Source of the DNA: Protoeuglena noctilucae
Lineage: Eukaryota
Assembly (NCBI GenBank): GCA_958009085.1
Contig: OY253682.1
Location: 62,001-126,000 of the forward strand
Length of the DNA: 64,000 nucleotides
Reading direction: 5' to 3'
Below the pieces are notes generated by a model. It saw only the letters and a program-made list of their open reading frames with translations. It was not told the origin of the DNA and did no database searches. Shown piece by piece: positions 59,268 through 64,000 of this stretch (its first letter is position 1; each line of letters opens with the position of its first letter). Both the position numbers and the translations under genes were made by a program.

Positions 59268-61019
59268 ATGCTTGGCGTCGCGCGCAAGGCACTGGCCGGC
59301 GCCACCCGCGCAGCCTCGCCGTGCAACGCTGGGTCCGGGGCTCTCCCAGCGCTCCTGGTGAGGCCGTACGAAGACTGTAAAATGAAGACACTGATGTGAC
59401 CCCAACGAGCGTACAAGAACAGCTCGAGATCCTTGTGCGCGGCGCGAGAGCGCCATCGTGCGTTGCGCTCCTCGTGGCGCTCCTCGCGCGAGCGGAAGCG
59501 CTTTGGGGCCAGAGGCTCTGGGTCATTGTGATGTGTATCCTGCATGTGCTCCATCTGTGTGATCAACACGTGATTTGGACGACCCTTGAGTTGAGGCGAC
59601 CCTTCTGCCTGAACGTGCCGCAGTCTCAGCTCCGCGGCAAGAGCAAGAAGGCCAATGGCGATGAGATCGAGGTGGAGGTGTCGCCCTTCGAGACGTACAA
59701 GATGGACGCGCCCTCGACCACCGTCAAAGTCTCCAAGGTGGGGGCGAAGTCGCAGCCTGGGTGTATGCTTCACAGCGCCCCTACCTGCGATCCCTGCTCG
59801 CCCAGCAATGAAGCTGACACCAACACCTGCCCCACTGACTCCCGCAGTCATCGCTGAAGGAGTGGTACCGCACCATGAGCGAGATCCGGCGCATGGAGAT
59901 TGCGCTCGACGTGGCCTACAAGTCGCAGCTCATTCGCGGCTTCTGCCACCTGTCGGACGGGCAGGAGGCGATCGCGATGGGCATCGCGGCTGGCTTATCC
60001 AAGGGCGACTCGATCATCACGGCCTACCGCGACCACGGCCACCACGTTGTGCACGGCGGCACGGTGCGCGAGGTGGTCGGCGAGCTGTTCGGAAAGGAGT
60101 GCGGCGCGAGCAAGGGCCTCGGCGGCTCGATGCACATGTACAGCAAGGAGCACAACTGGTACGGCGGCTGCGGCATCGTGGGGGCCCCTGCGCCCCTCGG
60201 TGTGGGGCTCGCCCTCCGCCACAAGTACCTCGATGACGGCCACGTGTCCTTCACTCTGTACGGCGACGGGGCTTCCAACCAGGGCCAGGTGTTCGAGGCC
60301 TTTAACCTCGCAGGGATTTGGGACCTCCCGGGTGAGTCCTGAGGCCGATGGGGCTCGGTTTGCATGCGGGACCGTCGCAGCACACGTTCAGCGCCGTCAG
60401 CCCAACGCTGTCACAACCGTTTGTCGGGGTCACAACCCGTTCGGTTGTTAGTAACCATGTCACACTGCAGAGACTCTCACTTCCCGCAGTCGTGTTCGTC
60501 ATCGAGAACAACCACTACGGCATGGGTACCAGCGTGGCCCGCGCCACGCGCGCCCCGGCCCTCTACAAGCGCGGGGACTTCCTCCCGGGCTTCCGCGTTG
60601 ACGGCATGGACGTGGTTGCCGTCAAGCAGGCCACCGAGTACGCCAAGAGCTACGCGCTGCAGCACGGGCCCCTGCTGGTGGAGATGGAGACGTACCGCTA
60701 CCACGGCCACTCCATGAGCGACCCGGGGTCGAGCTATCGCACGCGGGACGAGGTGCAGGAGGTCCGGCGCAAGCGCGACCCTCTCGCGCACCTCAAGTCG
60801 GTCATGCTGGAGCACGGGGCCGCGACGGAGGACGAGATCAAGGCGATTGACAAAGAGGCGAAGAAGACGGTGTCGGACGTGGTGGAGTCGTGCAAGCAGG
60901 AGAGGGAGCCGGGAGTGAAGGAGTACATGGCTAAGTACGCCTACGTGAACCCGTCGCCGTTCGGGAGGGGCGCCAGGGGCGTCACGATCGACAAGGAGTG
61001 GAAGTACGCCACTGGTTGA
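59268..61019 (+). CDS. PDHA1: Pyruvate dehydrogenase E1 alpha subunit, mitochondrial; 4 exons
   Basis: IRGFCHLSDGQEA, ITAYRDHG, GLGGSMHMY, TPP motif YGDGASNQGQ...ENNHYGMGT, TYRYHGHSMSDPGSSYRTRDEVQ. Basic N-terminal presequence from ATG 59268. Confidence 0.96.
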
Positions 61020-61074
61020 ATTGAGTTGAATTATAGCGCCGGCTGTTGAAACGCGCATGCATTCTTGGTGGTTC

Positions 61075-61653
61075 CTAAGACTCCGCGGCCTGCGCCTGGC
61101 CTCGCCGCGCCCACGTCATCGCGGCCCAGCTCCACAGGCGCAGGCTCTGCAGCGCCACGTCGCGGCAGGTGCTCTCCCCGCCGGTCGTGCGGTTGACGAC
61201 GCGGTGGCGGTCCGGGTCCACGCCGCGCTTCAGCAGCGCACGCACACACGCCAGGTGGCCCTCCTGCGCGGCCAGATACAAGGGTGTGACCTGCGAAGGC
61301 CGGGTGCGAGTGTGGGTGTCTCTGCGGCCTGGCACCGTGACAGCAAGCGCCCGGCCGCGCCCCCATCGTTCCCTTACTTTGAGCGCGAGCGCTCCTGATT
61401 CCGTGACCATGTCTACGGCCTCGTTGGGGTCGTCGCCGAGGTTGAGGCACCGCTCCAGCTCCTGCACGTCGCCTCTGGGGGCACGGAGACAGCGTTGGTG
61501 ATTCTTGCGTTATTTAATAATGTAATTTGTAATAACAACGCTGCAGATGATGTCGCTGCGGCGGCTGGTCGATCCGCGGCCAGCTGCATCTGCGCACCTC
61601 CACGCCAGCCAGTGCAGCCGCGGGAGCGCCGCGGGCCCTTCTTTCCGCTTCAT
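61075..61653 (-). CDS. Small ankyrin-repeat protein; 3 exons
   Basis: Spliced MKRKEGPAALPRLHWLAWR/GDVQELERCLNLGDDPN...K/VTPLYLAAQEGHLACVRALLKRGVDPD gives two ankyrin-like repeats, with phase-compatible GT-AG introns. Confidence 0.72.
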
Positions 61654-61769
61654 CTTGGCTTTCAATGCAGCAAGCAATTTGCATGCACCAGCCGACCGCG
61701 CGTGCAAGGCCCATCGACGGAACTCATCGTCGAGCGCAACAACTGCTGCACAGCACCCGCGAACGCCCT

Positions 61770-64000
61770 CTACTGGCTGGCGTACATGCGCTTGATCTGC
61801 TCGGCATACTTCCTCTTGATCTGAGGCCGGCGAAGCTTGAAAGACGGCGTGATGAGCCCGTTCTCGACGGTAAAGGCCTCCGACGTCAGGTGCACCTTCT
61901 TGACCATCTCGAAGCCCCGCAGGTGCCCCTCCCGCCCCGTGGCCTCCAGCTCCTCCATGATCCACTTGTTGGCAGCCGGGTGCGCGCACAGCGCAGCGAA
62001 GTCCCCCTCGATGCCGTGCCCGGCCGCCCATCCCTTGATGGTCTTCTCGTTGGGCAGCACCACCGCCACCACGTACTTCTCCGACGGCTGCGAACAGGAT
62101 CGCTTGAATTATTTACATCTTAGCCAGGTGCTAGCGCGTCTCCTCCGCCGCTGCGGGCCCTCACCTCTCCGTGGACGAACATCTGCTCCACCGCCGCGTT
62201 CTTCTGCAAGACGGACTCCACGTACTGCAGGGGCGATTAAAGTGCATTGAGTAAGCACAACTACTGCACCAGGAGCTGCTGCAGTCGTTCCAAAAGCACC
62301 GCATGTGATCAATCGGCTCCCTTGTCGCTCACCTCGGGTGCGATGTACTCCCCCTGCGCGAGCTTGAAGATGTTCTTGAGTCGGTCGATGATGCGGAGCG
62401 CCCCGTTGCTCTGAATCTCCCCCACGTCGCCCGTGTGGAACCATCCGTCCCTGCGAGCACCACGCAACGCAGCGTTGCGGTCCAGCCCTAACGTGCTGCG
62501 ATGTAGCCCTGCAAAACCCGACCAGCTCTTACTTGAGCGCGCTCTCCGTCTCTGTCTTGTCCTTGTAGTATCCCTGGAAGAGCCCCGTCCCGCGGATGAG
62601 GATCTCCCCGCGCGGGGGGTCCCCCCGAGCGTCATAGTCCATCTCTGGCAGACTCTCAAGACAGAATTCGGTGCCAGGGGTCGGGAAACCGACCGTCCCG
62701 AAGAAGTCCTACCACTCGGCGCCGATGAAGGACGCCGCGCACGTCTCTGCGCGGGGGGGCAGAGGGCAGAGGTGGGGGTGGGGGCGAGGGGAGCGCATGC
62801 CATGGCATGCCACACGGTGCGACAGGATGTCCACCCCAGCAGCGATAACACTGTAAGCTGAGCCAGTGCATCGGTGATAGTCAAGATGCGACTGCAAAGC
62901 TCTCCACAGCGCAGGCTGAGCCAGCGCACCTGGCAGCCCTTGCCAAAGCCCATTCCCTACCAGCCCTTACCGGAAAACCTTACCCCTCCCCCGCACCCTT
63001 GCTGGCACCCGTCACCCGTGAGCCCGTACCCTCATATCCCTGCCCATCCCTGCCCCCCTACCATCGCTCACCCGTAAGCCCGTACCCCTGCGCAAACTTG
63101 GCCCCCAGCGCCACACGCACGAACTCCTCGATGTGCGCGGGCATCGCCGCGGCGCCAGACACCACCACGCGCACCCGCCCGCCCAGCCTGGCGTGGATGT
63201 CAGAAAACGCCAGCCAGTCTGCCAGAGGCGAGGCGGTGTCCACGGGGAACCCCTCCATGAGGAAACTCCGTTTGCGCGAGAAGGCCCACTGGTAGACGGT
63301 GCGCCGCAGGACGCTCTTGCTGAGCTGCGACTGGACGGCCTGGTAGATGCGGTCGAAGATGCGAGGGACCCCGGGCAGCACAGTGGGCTGCAGCTTGGCC
63401 AGGTCATCCATCAAACCCCGCACGTGGCCCCGCCAGTACCCGATGGCGCATCCGCAGAAGGTCATCATGTCCTCGCAGGCCCGCTCGAAGATGTGGGCGA
63501 GCGGGAGATAGGAAATCATAACGTCGCCCGCCCACTCGATGTCCGCGCACTGCTTGGTCATGTGCATGAGCGAGAAGAGGACGTGCACGAGCGAGCGGTG
63601 CGTGAGCATGACGCCCTTGGGGTTGCCCGTGGTGCCCGACGTGTACATGATGGTCGACAGGTCGTCGGCGGAGGGCGGGTCCGGGGGGGCCGGAGACTCG
63701 TGGCCCTGCACCATAAACTCGCTGAAGGACGCTGCGTAGGGGGGAAAGAGAGAGTAATAAGTAAAGAACATGTGAGAGGCAAGGAACGCTGAGACTGTGC
63801 CATATCATAGAAGATACGCAACATTACAGCCAGCCAGGGCGGGCAGGCAAGCGTGTATCGGTGACTTACCCAAGCATGCACAAGCATGTGCAGGGGTGGT
63901 GCGTTATGTAAGGACCACGCATGCGCGCATCAGCAGTCTCTGCAATCTCTCACCGGTCCGCACATTCGTGGGGATCTTGGAGAGCTCTTCCTGCCCAGGC
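61770..64000 (-). CDS. LACS: Long-chain acyl-CoA synthetase; 5'-partial, multi-exon
   Basis: AMP-binding motif [76 protein letters not shown]. Confidence 0.95.

Noticed and set aside
59359..59623. Possible intronic C/D snoRNA in PDHA1 intron 1 (GGGTC...GTGATGT...GACCC)
   Set aside because: Box C is imperfect and there is no CTGA box D next to the closing stem; needs a covariance-model search.
99..61019. GLDC, PDHA1 and LACS as a mitochondrial/lipoate metabolic gene cluster
   Set aside because: GLDC and PDHA1 are about 55 kb apart with unrelated genes between them, so chance proximity suffices.
19497..63090. Junction echoes or spaced repeats as CRISPR arrays or Introner-type elements
   Set aside because: Each repeat is unique to its own junction, there are no cas genes, and different introns share no family sequence or terminal repeats that I can see.
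1..64000. Hundreds of long overlapping or antisense ORFs in the six-frame track
   Set aside because: Expected from high GC and strong GC3 bias (few stops in shadow frames). They lack recognisable motifs and overlap well-supported spliced genes.
1..64000. Non-standard genetic code (TAR = Gln, as in some ulvophytes)
   Set aside because: Conserved genes end at TAA (NIP7) and TAG (FKBP, LACS), and I saw no in-frame TAR in conserved exons.

Overview
GC-rich, intron-dense eukaryotic nuclear DNA, most consistent with a flagellated chlorophyte green alga: it has a thylakoid FKBP, a PPR gene, a DUF3755 gene, the axonemal DLEC1/FAP81 gene and TGTAA-type poly(A) signals, and it uses the standard code (TAA, TAG and TGA all act as stops). 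Splicing exons by hand gives about 17 protein-coding genes: glycine decarboxylase P (5' partial), FKBP18-like PPIase, PPR protein, Myb-like/DUF3755 protein, LRR plus coiled-coil protein, kinesin-14, an MGCCSS-led Nudix protein, a BELL/GSP1-like TALE homeobox gene, a NodGS/FluG-like amidohydrolase-glutamine synthetase fusion, IWR1, an EEP-family phosphoesterase, DLEC1, PHO88/SND3, NIP7, PDH E1-alpha, a small ankyrin protein and long-chain acyl-CoA synthetase (5' partial). I found no rRNA, tRNA, CRISPR array or recognisable transposon. The most unusual signals are: (1) at least 18 splice junctions duplicated ('echoed') inside the adjacent intron, often differing from the real exon end mainly at synonymous sites; (2) a repeating G-rich-at-donor / C-rich-at-acceptor polarity that spills into exons; (3) at least 16 frame-supported GC-AG introns; (4) a 24-30 kb island holding a predicted lipid-anchored Nudix protein with a split Nudix box, convergent on a divergent TALE homeobox gene; (5) local CTA/TTA patches suggestive of CWG-methylation decay. 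Gene models are manual, have no expression support, and several start codons are uncertain.
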